DNA of 63,793 bases, counting the filler, from Octopus bimaculoides (Eukaryota): NCBI RefSeq assembly GCF_001194135.2. It is 9 parts of 9 records of this genome, joined end to end, with 100 filler letters (N's around TTAATTAATTAA, not from the genome) between each part and the next. Parts side by side here need not be neighbours in the genome. Positions count along the whole stretch, not along the records: positions 35,501 to 43,012 come from NW_026357505.1; positions 43,113 to 56,369 come from NC_068996.1; 7 more parts are not named here. One strand, given 5' to 3'. The position numbers were made by a program, and so were the translations under genes. This document shows positions 39,384 to 51,800 of this stretch, piece by piece. Position 1 is the first letter of the stretch, and every line of letters starts with the position of its first letter. Under the pieces are notes generated by a model. The model ran no database searches, was not told where the DNA came from, and worked only from the letters and a program-made list of their open reading frames with translations.

Positions 39384-39648
39384 AAAAGAAGCCTGTCGTA
39401 TATATGTATATATATGTATGTGTGTGTGTCTGTGTTTGTCCCCTCAACATCGCTTGACAACCGATGGTGGTGTGTTTACGTCCCCCGTAAACTAGCGGTT
39501 CGGCAAAAAGAGACCGATAGAATTAGTACTAGGCTTCCAAAGAATAAGTCCTGGGGTCGATTTGCTCGACTAAAGGCGGTGCTCCAGCATGGCCGCAGTC
39601 AAATAAATGACTGAAACAAGTAAAAGAGTAAAAAGAGTAAAAGAGAGA
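39384..39648 (+). mobile_element. SINE family 1, 3' two-thirds
   Basis: Family 1 match following a gap. Confidence 0.9.
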
Positions 39649-41027
39649 GTTTTCCGACAAAAGATTTTTATGTTAGCATTGCACTGTTCTTAAATGTTAA
39701 TTAAAATGCAGTTGGTACTTGTTATGCATCAGGCCAAGGACTATATAATCAAATTCATCCATCTTTTTGCTTATGTAATTTAATATTTTTAGATTAGTGT
39801 GCGGCATGAGGAAGATTTGGCTGCTATTTCTGGAACGTCTATCGAATGCTTAGAGAATACTTCGATGACGAGTACCAAGGTTTATTTCAAGAAATAGTGA
39901 AATAGCGTTGAATAAGATTGGTAACAGACGAAAACTAATATGGAGTTGTCTTAATCAATACTATCTTTCCACATCTCCCCCTCTCCCTCTCTCTTCCATT
40001 TCATATCTAACAAATGTAGAAAAAAAATACATTCCAAGCTTGTTACATATTCGATAGTTTATTGTCAATCGTCGATCATTTTGCTTGATGGCAATTTATT
40101 TTGAATGTGATAACGAAAAGACAAGAGGATCATTTAACAGGACAAAAAAAAATTGAACGACAACGAGAAGAAAATAGTTTAAGTCACTCATTTCCAGACA
40201 CACACAAGCGCACAAACACATACACACAGACGCGCGCGCGCTCTTGCAAAGCAAGTATTTATGTATGTGTGCGTGTTTATGCGCAGTGAATACATACAGA
40301 CGTACATATGTGTGTGTCTGTACAAACATGCATATCTACGTGTGCAAGAATATATATATCTATATATATGTGGTGGGGGTATATACATGTGTGTGTGTGT
40401 GCATATATACATGTGTGTGTGTGTGTGTGTGTGTGAGTGTGTATTACAGCAGTAATCAGAAAGAAGGATTTTTGTGGTGATTGTATAAACATAATAAAAA
40501 TATTACGGGATTTTCGTTCATTTGATAACTTCACGCTTGTTGTAGACTTAAATATAATAAGCCTGTAAAACATAAATAGTCCACACACACACACACACAC
40601 ACACACATACAGACACACACACACGCATAGAGACACACACACAAACACATTATAAAGTAGCATTCTTAAGAGGATTATTTCCCCTTTGACCTATTATCCC
40701 TATTATCCAAACTAACACATTCGACTCACTTCCGAACGATTTCGCTATCAGATTGCTCAAACACTACAGATTTGCTTCTTGCGAAGTTAAACCCATCAAG
40801 CAGAATTATATTTGTATCATGAAGCTCTGAACTAAACTCTTCAGTATCGGTTTAGATTAAGGAGAATTAAAGAAGCCAGACATCAGGAAACATCAAGCAG
40901 TTTCATAGTTAAGGTTCTGTACGCATAACGGAAGAGCAAAATGGCTGCACTGCTTAAGTGCCTCACGATATCCTAATGGTCCTTGCATGACGTCGTATGT
41001 TCCAATGCGACATTGGACGTGCTACAC

Positions 41028-41080
<53 letters not shown>

Positions 41081-41353
41081 CACACATGCCCCAATATAAG
41101 ACTATTTACCTTAGTCAATACTCCATGATAAGCTTTAAGCTTATAAAATATTAATATATATATAGATTGATTGATTGATATATAGATATATGGATAGATA
41201 GATGAGTACTTATCAATATGTGTATGTACATATATGTATGTGTGTGTGTGTATGTGCATCTATTTATATATACATACATATATAAATAGAGAGACACACA
41301 CACACACATATATATATTATACACACACACGCACACATATATATATATGCATT

Positions 41354-41395
<42 letters not shown>

Positions 41396-41523
41396 AGTGT
41401 GTAATCGTTTAATCCTTTGTGATCTCATTTTTCTATTACTGCGCTGCACTCGACTAACGCTTCGTTCTGAATTCTACACCAGGTTATTAGTCTCGGAATG
41501 CCTAAGCGGATTATTAAAACATT

Positions 41524-41557
<34 letters not shown>

Positions 41558-41796
41558 CTATATATATATACATGTGTGTGTATGTGCGTGTGTGTGTGTG
41601 CGTGTGTGTGTGTGTATGCGCGCGCGTATTATAATAAACACCACAAAAAACCTTGTGAAATGTGAGCTAGACCTATCCATGGTTTCGTTGCCGAAGTGTT
41701 AATTCATTTTGCCATTTGTCATTTATAAGGCTTGTAAAAGCAACATGACCATTTAGTAACTGCTTCATGTATGTGCGTGTGCATAACTATTGTATG

Positions 41797-41841
<45 letters not shown>

Positions 41842-42137
41842 CTATTGAAGAGTGCAAGAAGCAAGTGAAATCAAGAGAGTAGAAGTGTAGCGGAGTAAAC
41901 GGCAAATGAACCGTTACGTGGTAACGCGGACACAGTATTGCATTTTTCCTGAGAAAAATCATTTATCTTCAGACTTTGGGCTCGACGTCCATGATTACCG
42001 AGACATATAAGCATGGCAGTTGAAGACAGAAAGAAGTACCGGGACACATTTTGCCAGTTAATTTGTCCGACGCACTAACGATTCAGCTAGTTTACCGTAA
42101 TAATAATAATTATAATAATAATGATGATAATAATAAT

Positions 42138-43012
42138 AACTGGTCAATTACTGAAATATGCAATGTTGACAGAAAAATACGAAAACTGTTGACAATGCAT
42201 AGAAGAAGAAGTGCAGGAATTTTGGAATAAAATCTGGGCAGAAGATAAAACACACAATGAAAAGGCCCCTTGGATTGATAGAATATCTACAGACTTAGAC
42301 TCCTTAGAGGAGCAAAAGTGGGAGGGGGTCAAGGTAGAAGATATAAGATCTGCTCTCAGGAGGTCAATCAAATGGAAGGCTCCAGGAAATGATAAAATTC
42401 CTAACTTCTGGTTGAATGCCTTCCCAGAGAGTCATGAACTGCTAACAAAACTTTACAATGATGTTTTGCAAAATCCTAGATTGATGCCCTCTTGACTAGT
42501 TAATGGTTTAACATTCCTGCTTCCAAAAAAATGAGGAAACAAACGAACCAAAAACCCATAACCTGCTTAACAACAATGTATAAGACGCTAACATCTGTCC
42601 TAACTGAATATACCTATAGTTTTTTAATAGAAAGTAGCATATTCCTTAATGAGCAAAAGGGTTGTAAACGTGGATCTTGTGGTTGTAAAGATCAGCTACT
42701 CATCAATAAGATTATCTTAGAAGATTGTCACAAGCGACAAAAAAACTTGTCAATAGCCTGGATAGACTATAAAAAGGCCTTTGATAGCCTACCACATAGT
42801 TGGATTAGGAAATGTCTGGAAATGTATAAAATAGCTCCTATTCTGCGAAACTTTTTATCTGTAAGTATGAGATCATGGAGAACCACACTGACGTTGAACA
42901 ATGACAATGAATCTCTAGATGCTGGAGATGTAAGAATTTCATGTGGCATTTTCCAGAGTGAATCACTATCACCACTCCTCTTCTGTCTAGCTTTAATGCC
43001 TCTCTCAAAATT
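42138..43012 (+). mobile_element. R4/Dong-clade non-LTR retrotransposon RT pseudogene
   Basis: EFWNKIW, KAPGNDKIPNFWL, PITCLTTMYKTLT, EQKGCKRGSCGCKDQLLINK, WIDYKKAFDSLPHSW and GIFQSESLSPLLFCLAL; stop at 42493 and a frameshift; 5' end abuts (TAA)n. Confidence 0.9.
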
Positions 43013-43112
43013 NNNNNNNNNNNNNNNNNNNNNNNNNNNNNNNNNNNNNNNNNNNNTTAATTAATTAANNNNNNNNNNNNNNNNNNNNNNNNNNNNNNNN
43101 NNNNNNNNNNNN

Positions 43113-44845
43113 GAGAGAGCAATTGCACGTTTCACGGAACGTGCTCCGGCAAGGGCGGTGTGGATGGTGGTGAGGGGATATCCACGTAGGATGAAGTGGC
43201 AAGCCATGAGTTGAGACTGAGTCACAAAGTAATGGTTGTCACTGCAGAGCCTGCGTAGACGAAGGTATTAGGAATAGGGGATGGAAAGTTTGGTGTGTTT
43301 AGGGTGGGAGGAGGAGAAGTTGAGATAAGAGTGTGAGTCTGTGTGTTTGTAGTGGATGGAGGTGGTAAGAGTGGAGTGATGAATGCTGACCGAAATGTCG
43401 AGAAAGACGCAAGAAATAGTGCAGGAGAAGTGGAGGGCAGGATGAAAAGATTTGACAAAAGAGGTATCTAGATGTTTGCAGGAGAGTGAGGTCGCACCAA
43501 TGCAGTCGTCAATATAACGGCCATATAGTTCAGGAGTGGGCCAGGAGTGAAACTCGAGAATATTTGGGCCTCAACGTAGCTATCGAACAGGTTCGCATAG
43601 TTGGGGCCCATTCTCGTTCCCATGGCCACTCCAGAGAACATGTTGGTAGAAATCACCCGCGAACGAGAAGCAGATAAGTGAGAGGACAAGTTCGGCCAGA
43701 CGAAGGAGTGTGGATGTGTCGGGTTGGGGTTGGGTCAAAGGTCAAGGAAATGTTGGAGTGCACGCAGTCCTTCGTGGTGAGGGATCACCGCATATAGACT
43801 TTTGATGTCAAGAGTGAAGAGACGTTTAGAGGGGCCAGGAGGGAAGGAGAAAGAGTTGAACAAACGAAGAGCATGGTTGGTGTCATGGATGTGAGAGGGG
43901 AGGGAAGCCACTAGGGGGCAAGGACACGGTCAAGATATCTGGAGATGAGTTCGGTGGGGCAGTTGCAGGCGGAGACGATGGGTCGGCCAGGTTGTTAGGT
44001 TTGTGGATTTTGGAGAAGAAGTAAATTGTGGGAGTGTGANNNNNNNNNNNNNNNNNNNNNNNNNNNNNNNNNNNNNNNNNNNNNNNNNNNNNNNNNNNNN
44101 NNNNNNNNNNNNNNNNNNNNNNNNNNNNNNNNNNNNNNNNNNNNNNNNNNNNNNNNNNNNNNNNNNNNNNNNNNNNNNNNNNNNNNNNNNNNNNNNNNNN
44201 NNNNNNNNNNNNNNNNNNNNNNNNNNNNNNNNNNNNNNNNNNNNNNNNNNNNNNNNNNNNNNNNNNNNNNNNNNNNNNNNNNNNNNNNNNNNNNNNNNNN
44301 NNNNNNNNNNNNNNNNNNNNNNNNNNNNNNNNNNNNNNNNNNNNNNNNNNNNNNNNNNNNNNNNNNNNNNNNNNNNNNNNNNNNNNNNNNNNNNNNNNNN
44401 NNNNNNNNNNNNNNNNNNNNNNNNNNNNNNNNNNNNNNNNNNNNNNNNNNNNNNNNNNNNNNNNNNNNNNNNNNNNNNNNNNNNNNNNNNNNNNNNNNNN
44501 NNNNNNNNNNNNNNNNNNNNNNNNNNNNNNNNNNNNNNNNNNNNNNNNNNNNNNNNNNNNNNNNNNNNNNNNNNNNNNNNNNNNNNNNNNNNNNNNNNNN
44601 NNNNNNNNNNNNNNNNNNNNNNNGTAGATGGGACAGAAGTAGGAGGGGTGGGATGGAAGGCTGAGAGGGAAGGGATGAGGGGTATGTGGGTGGGGTTGGG
44701 AGGGATGGGAGTTTGGTGAAGGTGGGGGAGGGAGAGGATAGGGGAAGAGTTGGGTTAGTGGCATCGGCTGTGATGGACTGGAGGAGTGAGTGGAGTTTAC
44801 GTTGTTTGGTGTGAGCGAGAAATTGATGAAAGTGATGATACACTA
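43113..44845 (-). mobile_element. Penelope-like element RT (Neptune-like), frameshifted, with internal gap
   Basis: Minus frames PTIYFFSKIHKPNN, LFTLDIKSLYAVIPH, GVAMGTRMGPNYANLF, FHPALHF..FLDISV and YKHTDSHSYLNFSSSHPKHTKLSIPYS. Confidence 0.9.
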
Positions 44846-44959
44846 GAAAAACAACTAAATTCAATCAATTACTTAGATGTTACCCGTCAACCTAGAATCC
44901 AATATTTATATAAACCCTACAAGAAAGATAACGAGAGAATTCAGCATATTTATAGACAA
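44840..44959 (+). mobile_element. Penelope-like (Poseidon-like) fragment, left part
   Basis: LNSINYLDVT..YKPYKKDNERIQHIYRQ; continues in frame at 47418. Confidence 0.7.
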
Positions 44960-47417
44960 CTAGACAACCCGTAACCCGTTGATTCATCAATAGTTCAAGA
45001 TACCCGAAAAAACCGCGTATCTCGGGAACCCGTGGTCAGATTTACGCGCAACTTCTTTTATTCCGTTTGTATTCACATTTCAATATCTTACTTCCAAAGT
45101 ATTTTCTCATTATGTGCCGATTCGGTTATTTATAAAGGTGTTCACAGTAAAGGGCAATAACACCAGGTTTCACTGCTTAAATTTGTAGAAACAAACCCAA
45201 CAATAAACGTGTATCTCAGGAATCTGATTTACGCGAATCTTGGTTTATTCCGTTTGTATTCACATTTCAGGGTGTTGTGTCGACGCCCCCAGACGATGAA
45301 GTAGGATAGCCCAATACGTAGATATAGAGGGAGAAGTCTAGACGTCGGGGAGTTGAGTAGAGGTCATCCGAACGTGCGATATAACACAGGAGTACCTTAC
45401 TTTCAGAGTATTTTTCCATTGTGCACCGGTTTGGCTGTATTAAATTACAGACAAGCAAGCAAACACAGAGTTTTAGTAGTATACTAGCAGTATACCCCGA
45501 CCTTGTCCGGGTGTGACTTATTACGCCATCTACGATAAGTCTTGCTAGCTGAAAATCAACTAAAAAAGAAAGCCTTACAACGAAAAAACCCTTATGATGT
45601 AAATATGTTCATAATTCAAAAGACGATGAAATTAATAGGGAAAGTCTGAAGGCTGTTTTGCATAACATTATTAAGCGTCTAATTGACTATAGAAATGCTT
45701 GTGCAAAACAACTTTTTGCGCTGCCCTGATTATACATAGCAGGGTAATCCCTTTTCGCAGGACGTGGACGGCAATTTGTGATGAAGCAATTGCTGGCGAT
45801 CTGTTGCTACACAGTTTTGCCAGAATTCTATCAGATTGGGCAGATGTTGATGCAATATTTTGCATTATGTTCAAAGTAGCTTCTGGAATGTGGTGAATTG
45901 CTGCAGTTTGTTGCTGTCATTTTAAACCGGTTGCTGTCTTTCCCCAGCAAACTCTCTTCTTTGGAGGCATAATCTATGTATATATTAAACAGAACAACAA
46001 AAGTTATAATAGATGGCAGGGTCGGTAATTTTCACATTTCTGTAATTTTTCAGATTAATACCCGCACGATTACCCAACCCTAATCTTAAACCTAATCCTA
46101 ACACTAACCCTAACATTAACCCTAAACCCTAACCCTAACCCTAAAACCGTAACACTAATCCTAACCCTAACCGTAACCGTAACCCTAAACTCTAACCATG
46201 ACTCTAAAACCCCAACCCTAACACCCTAGTGAAGATGGTGGTATATTTAAAAAACATTGACGAACATGAGTTATATTTTACTGAATGATTGTGTACTTGC
46301 ACATGTATGCGTTTGAGTGATCGAGAGAAGAAGAGGGAGAGAGAGAGGGAGAAAGGAATAGAGATAGTTAAAAGTTTTCTTATGACAGCTTCTCTTCACT
46401 GCCTATTACTTCATTAAAAATCTACGGATGCACATAAGCAAATAATAGAGAAAAATGAAACAAATATGGACGACTTGCTCCGAAACACCACCGTGTGGGG
46501 AACACTTCAAAAGTAACCTACAGTTGTTTCCTTCAAAATTCCTACATGCTTGAAATGTACATACATCAAGGTATATTTGTAGAAAATTTCACGAAAAAAT
46601 ATTCATTTTCCTGGAAGTAAAATGAATATTTTTTCGTGAAATTTTCTACAAATATACCTTGATGTATNNNNNNNNNNNNNNNNNNNNNNNNNNNNNNNNN
46701 NNNNNNNNNNNNNNNNNNNNNNNNNNNNNNNNNNNNNNNNNNNNNNNNNNNNNNNNNNNNNNNNNNNNNNNNNNNNNNNNNNNNNNNNNNNNNNNNNNNN
46801 NNNNNNNNNNNNNNNNNNNNNNNNNNNNNNNNNNNNNNNNNNNNNNNNNNNNNNNNNNNNNNNNNNNNNNNNNNNNNNNNNNNNNNNNNNNNNNNNNNNN
46901 NNNNNNNNNNNNNNNNNNNNNNNNNNNNNNNNNNNNNNNNNNNNNGGGGAGAAAGGAATAGAGAACGAGAGCAATGTGTATGTTGTTGCACAGATCACGT
47001 ATGTGTGGTTGTGTGTGTTTTTACGTATCAATGTTATGAAAAATAGGTAAAGAATACTGTGAGGAAAGTTTAATCTATGACTTTGTATGTATCACTTTCT
47101 TTCTCTCTCTCTGTTTTTCTCTCTCTCCCTCTTTTACTGTTACTCTTTATTATTATATGCTGAGCGCGTGTGTAAGAACGCTGTTCCAGGTAGAAGGGAA
47201 GAAATATAAAAGTTGCTAGAAACAACAGCCAAATCTCCCTTAAATCACACAAAGTAAACGGAATTTTAAAAATCTAATTACTGCACTGAAAAGTTCACAT
47301 TGAGAAAATGCCATTGATGTAAACATTTTTACGAAAAAGTGGAAAATGTGGATTTCTATACACTTTTAAAAAGGCTTCACACAGACACACAACTTCAGAT
47401 TTATATATTAAGATAGA
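44960..47417 (-). mobile_element. Composite Helitron-like insertion (two 3' ends, at 44960 and 45484)
   Basis: Plus strand reads A|CTAG ... GA|T, i.e. TC...CTAG on the minus strand, inserted between A and T with no TSD; hairpin cccgac-cttg-tccggg at 45496-45510; removal restores the Penelope frame. Confidence 0.7.
46075..46230. repeat. Degenerate interstitial (CCCTAA)n telomere-like array
   Basis: accctaaccctaaccctaa core with variants cctaat, cactaa and ccgtaa. Confidence 0.85.
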
Positions 47418-47715
47418 TGTAACCGCTGTAGTAGCATTGTCAAAAACCTGGTAAAGATCATTTCTCTTAGACTTTCCTCTTTATTTTCAAACGAAAAAAA
47501 TACTAACTGAAATAGCAATTCCATATAATGAAGCTCTCAATAACAGCGGTTACAAGGAAAAAATGCAATATATAAGCAACAAACCTCCTACAGTAACTTA
47601 AAAACGCAAGAACAGAAAAAGGGAAAATCATCTGGTTTAATCCGCCTTCAACATACAAATCTCTATATTAATAACTAAATTATTTTTCAAAATACTCCAA
47701 AAACACTTCCACCTA
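47418..47715 (+). mobile_element. Penelope-like (Poseidon-like) fragment, right part
   Basis: CNRCSSIVKNLVKIISLRLSSL, PYNEALNNSGYKEK and a frameshifted RKIIWFNPP motif. Confidence 0.75.
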
Positions 47716-47724
47716 TGTGCCGAG

Positions 47725-49600
47725 CTTATAGAGACCTGATTAGCGAATTAGTTGAGCGGGCGTTGACAGAGTAATTCTTCAACAAATGGTTGTTCACCCG
47801 TAAAAGAGTGATTAGATTAGAATCAATTAGGTTTAGTGAGGATATAGTGATAGAAAAAAATAGAAAAGATGAAGACTTATAAACTTGAAAGAGGCACCGC
47901 ATCCAACATGTTCGCTGCGACATTGGCCCTCGAATAATTCTTTAACGTGAAGCACGAAGCCTGCATTGTCTTCCTTATCTTTTCCAACCATCTACTGTGT
48001 CCCGCCTATCATTCGGAACGAATGGCAGGCGGAAACATTAGATAAATTTCAGTGCCTATCTTGACGGTCTGCCTCGACTATCGGCAAGGGAAGCGAGGCA
48101 TTGCGAAGGGCCAATAGCAACCGCAGAAATACGGGAAGCAATGATTGGCTGCGTACGGGGTAATTCGCCTGGTCTGGACGGTCAATCATACGAGTTTTAC
48201 TTTTATATGCCAGACTTGTTTGGGAAACCTTTTAACAGATATCTACTGTAACAGGTAACAGAAGGAAAGAATTCCTAGATTTGTGAATCGAGAAGCGATA
48301 GCACTAGTAAGAAAGAATCCAAACAAGGGGAATCAAGTAGAGAATTTTAGACTCATAACACTGTTAAAGGCCGAGTTCAAAATGTTAACCAAAGTGTTAT
48401 CGAAGAAGTTGACGCTTGTCATCGATGGTCTAACTCAAGGGTTCTCAACCGGGTCCGTATAATATTTGGGATTGCACGGATGCAATATAGTAATATGGGG
48501 CTCCATAGTAATAAGAATGAAAGGGGTCCATGGGCAAAAAATGGGTGGTGATATTCTAACATGCGCAGTCCCATGCAGATCTGTCCACGACACCCTTCAC
48601 TTCATGCATTACATCAAGGTGGTATATCAAGGAGATGGTGGGCAAAGTACTTGGCATGAGTGAGACCTTGATTATGTTGGATCAATCAAAAGCCTTCAAT
48701 GGGGTCGGCCACCAATACTTAGCATTTTTTTCTCACGGTAGCCGGGTTCGGTCTCGTCTTCTGCGGTTGGATTGCCGCAATGAACAGCGACATCTGCTCT
48801 CTTGTTCAGCTGAATGGTTTATCTATCTGAGTGTTAAACATCATGCGCTCGAATCGTCAAGTTGTTCTCTCTTGTCCCTTCTCTACGTACTCTAAAGTCA
48901 GTACTACGGAATCTGGAGACGTTTAGGAGCATCCCGCACGAACAACGACGTGGAGGAACGGTGGTGGCGTCGTCGGTATACGCCGACGACATCACGTCAT
49001 AGTACCGGACGTCATGCATACAGACGACATCACGTCATAGTACTGGACATCATGCACACAGTATTACATGGCGGGAGCTTCCCTGCACGCTCTTGTCCAG
49101 TACCCTAGTATTCCTGATTTGTGGAGTTTTGTCGAACACCAGCTGTCACGTGTAGTGTAAACGGACACAAGTATCAGCTGGGTCCATTGTGAAGATTGTC
49201 CTGCTGTCTTCCTTTGTCCGGGAAGGTCTAGGCAATTAACAAAAGAGGTTGCGTGGTGGACTAGATTGAAAGGGTTGAAGACACACTTTCCTTTTTAGAC
49301 CAAGCCCTCATCAAAGGAAAGTGGTGATTGACCAAGCCCCTATCAAAGGAAAGTGGGGTTGAGAGGGACATTCTGCCTGCCAACAAATAGTCGGGCTGAG
49401 CGAACGGGTCTTCTCTAAGCATGCAGCTGTAGATTGAGGGAAGATGAAGAGGGGGCTCGTTATTTTAGTGGTCAGGGTGACCGTGGTTGAGTGGGATTTC
49501 TACGATCAACCTTTGGGTGTGTCTCTCTTTTTTGAGGAATTTATTCATTGTTGAAGTTTACCGTTATAGTTCTTTATCTTACACACGCCGCTTTATGTTA
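47725..49600 (+). mobile_element. Decayed L1/Tx1-clade LINE ORF2
   Basis: SPGLDGQSYEFY..PDLFG, NFRLITLLKAEFKMLTKVL, TCAVPCRSVHDTLH, LDQSKAFNGVGHQYL and VYADDIT (~48975-48997); interrupted by a small insert at ~48437-48550. Confidence 0.85.
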
Positions 49601-50207
49601 TTCCACAGTTTACCGTTTTGAACAATCGCCAACGTTTTTGTCAACGCTTAGTGGTTAATAAAGAAAACATACCGTCTCCAATCTTTTATATGAACCCTCA
49701 GTGGTTAATAAAGAGAAAATTATTATTGTTATTGTTGCTGTTGTTATTATTGTTGTCGTTTTTGTGCTTATTTGTTCTTATGAATATTATTATTATTATT
49801 ATTACTATTATTATTATTATTATTATTATTATTATCATTATTATCATTATTATTATGAACTGTGAGCTTGTAACAAGGCAGTCGTGTTGCTATTGTAATA
49901 GAGTTTGTAAAGAGCAAGGAAAACAAAGTAAATAAATACACACGAAGTACCACCAGACCCGCCGCCGCCACCACCACCTCCATCACCACCACTGCCACCA
50001 CCACTATCACCACCACCACCACCACCACCACCACCACTGTGGCCGCCGCCGCCGCCTAAACCACCACCATCACTACCACTATGAATTTTATTTGTGCGGT
50101 GGTAACAGATGTTTAGTAACAAGGGCGAGCGCGAAGGTACGTGTGTGTGCGCATGTGTATGTGTGTGCCTGTATGTATGTATATGCATGTGCGTATGTGT
50201 GTAGTGC

Positions 50208-50248
<41 letters not shown>

Positions 50249-50346
50249 TGTAATGAGAGTTAAGCTGTTCGTTTATACAACTAATGTTTGAATGTAACGT
50301 TTTAAGTAGCAGCAGCAGCAGCAGCATCGCTCAGAGTAACAACTAC

Positions 50347-50380
<34 letters not shown>

Positions 50381-50434
50381 ATAACAACAACAACAATAAC
50401 GACAACAAATCCAGTGGTAGCGAATATCATTGTG

Positions 50435-50474
<40 letters not shown>

Positions 50475-50552
50475 CATACACACATACGTATTCAACTGCA
50501 GTGTAGCAGTAAAAACAAAATCCAGCGGCAATGAATATCGTAGCGTAACTAT

Positions 50553-50587
<35 letters not shown>

Positions 50588-51199
50588 CATGTGTGTGTGT
50601 GTGCGTGTGTGTGTACACACATACACACACATATATAAAATAAGCAACTCGTGTGATGGCAGAGGCAAGAGCAGTAACAACAACACCAACGATAGCGACA
50701 GCGGCAACAGCAATAGTTTAGAATCCTGCTCACCTTATTGTCAGCGTACAAAGTGCAAGAACATAATCTGCATAACTGCTGAGCGAATCTTGAACGATAT
50801 ACCACCCCCTGAATCCTATCTTAACGTTCATACATCGACTACGTAATAGTTGACTTGGTTACTTGTGTGCCAATGTTAATACTCTTAAATAATACTCCTT
50901 GACATTTATAATACTTTTAAATAATGACTTCTGGCTGTCATAATAGTCTTAAAGAAGTATTTATAATATTTACCATACTCTCAAATATAACTTGTAGCAG
51001 TCATGTATCTTTTAAATAATCGTTTTGCAGAAGTCATAATATTCTTGAATAATGGCTTTTAACAGTCGAAATATTTTGAATGGTATCTAGCAGTCATCGC
51101 CTTTAATGGTTTCTTGAAGTCGTATTTCTTTATGAAAAATAGCTTACAGTGTAGCCCATCCATCATCACCACGGACTGTTCCTAGTAGGGTCGTGTGAT

Positions 51200-51800
51200 T
51201 ATAGTCCTCAAACACCTTCTCCACAGGGTCTTATAAACAGCAACCGTCATTGAGCCTTCTAACTGGATTCCCAAGCATGACCAATTGAGACTATGGATAT
51301 TATTCTTGGTCTACATTTCGTTCTTGGTCTACATTTCGTTCTTGGTCTACATTTCGTTCTTGGTTTACTCCATACGGTCTTATCAAAAGCAACCATCATT
51401 AGATTTTCCAGCTGAATTCCCAAGCTTCACCAATTGAGACTGTGGATATTAACTAACTGTCTTGTTCTTTGTTTGTCCCTAGGTTTCCTGCCTGCCATTG
51501 GGGATACATTCCTCAGGCACCTTCTCCACAGGGTCCTATAAGAAGCCACCGTAATTACACTTTCCGGTTGGATTCTCAAGCGTGACCAGCTGAGACCATG
51601 GATTTTATCTAACCATTTCGTTCTTGGTCTACCTCTAGGTTACCTGCTTCTCGTGGGGTTAGAATCCTCAGACACCTCCTCCATTGGATCCTATGAAAAG
51701 CAACTATAATTATAGTTTCTGGCTGGGTTGCCAAGCGTGACCAACTGAAAGAAATGGCTATTATCTAATCATCTCGTTCTTGGTCTCTTGCCTGTTGGCT
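51200..51800 (-). repeat. Four diverged ~153-bp tandem copies of an RTE LINE 3' end
   Basis: Anchor motif ccaagc/ctcaagc at 51270, 51419, 51575 and 51730; unit 3 reads PRGRPRTKWLDKIHGLSWSRLRIQPESVITVASYRTLWRRCLR on the minus strand. Confidence 0.8.

Noticed and set aside
49940-50430. Poly-Q/N/G/T ORFs (also 37181-37560 and 54596-54931)
   Set aside because: Trinucleotide microsatellites with no flanking domain or splice support.
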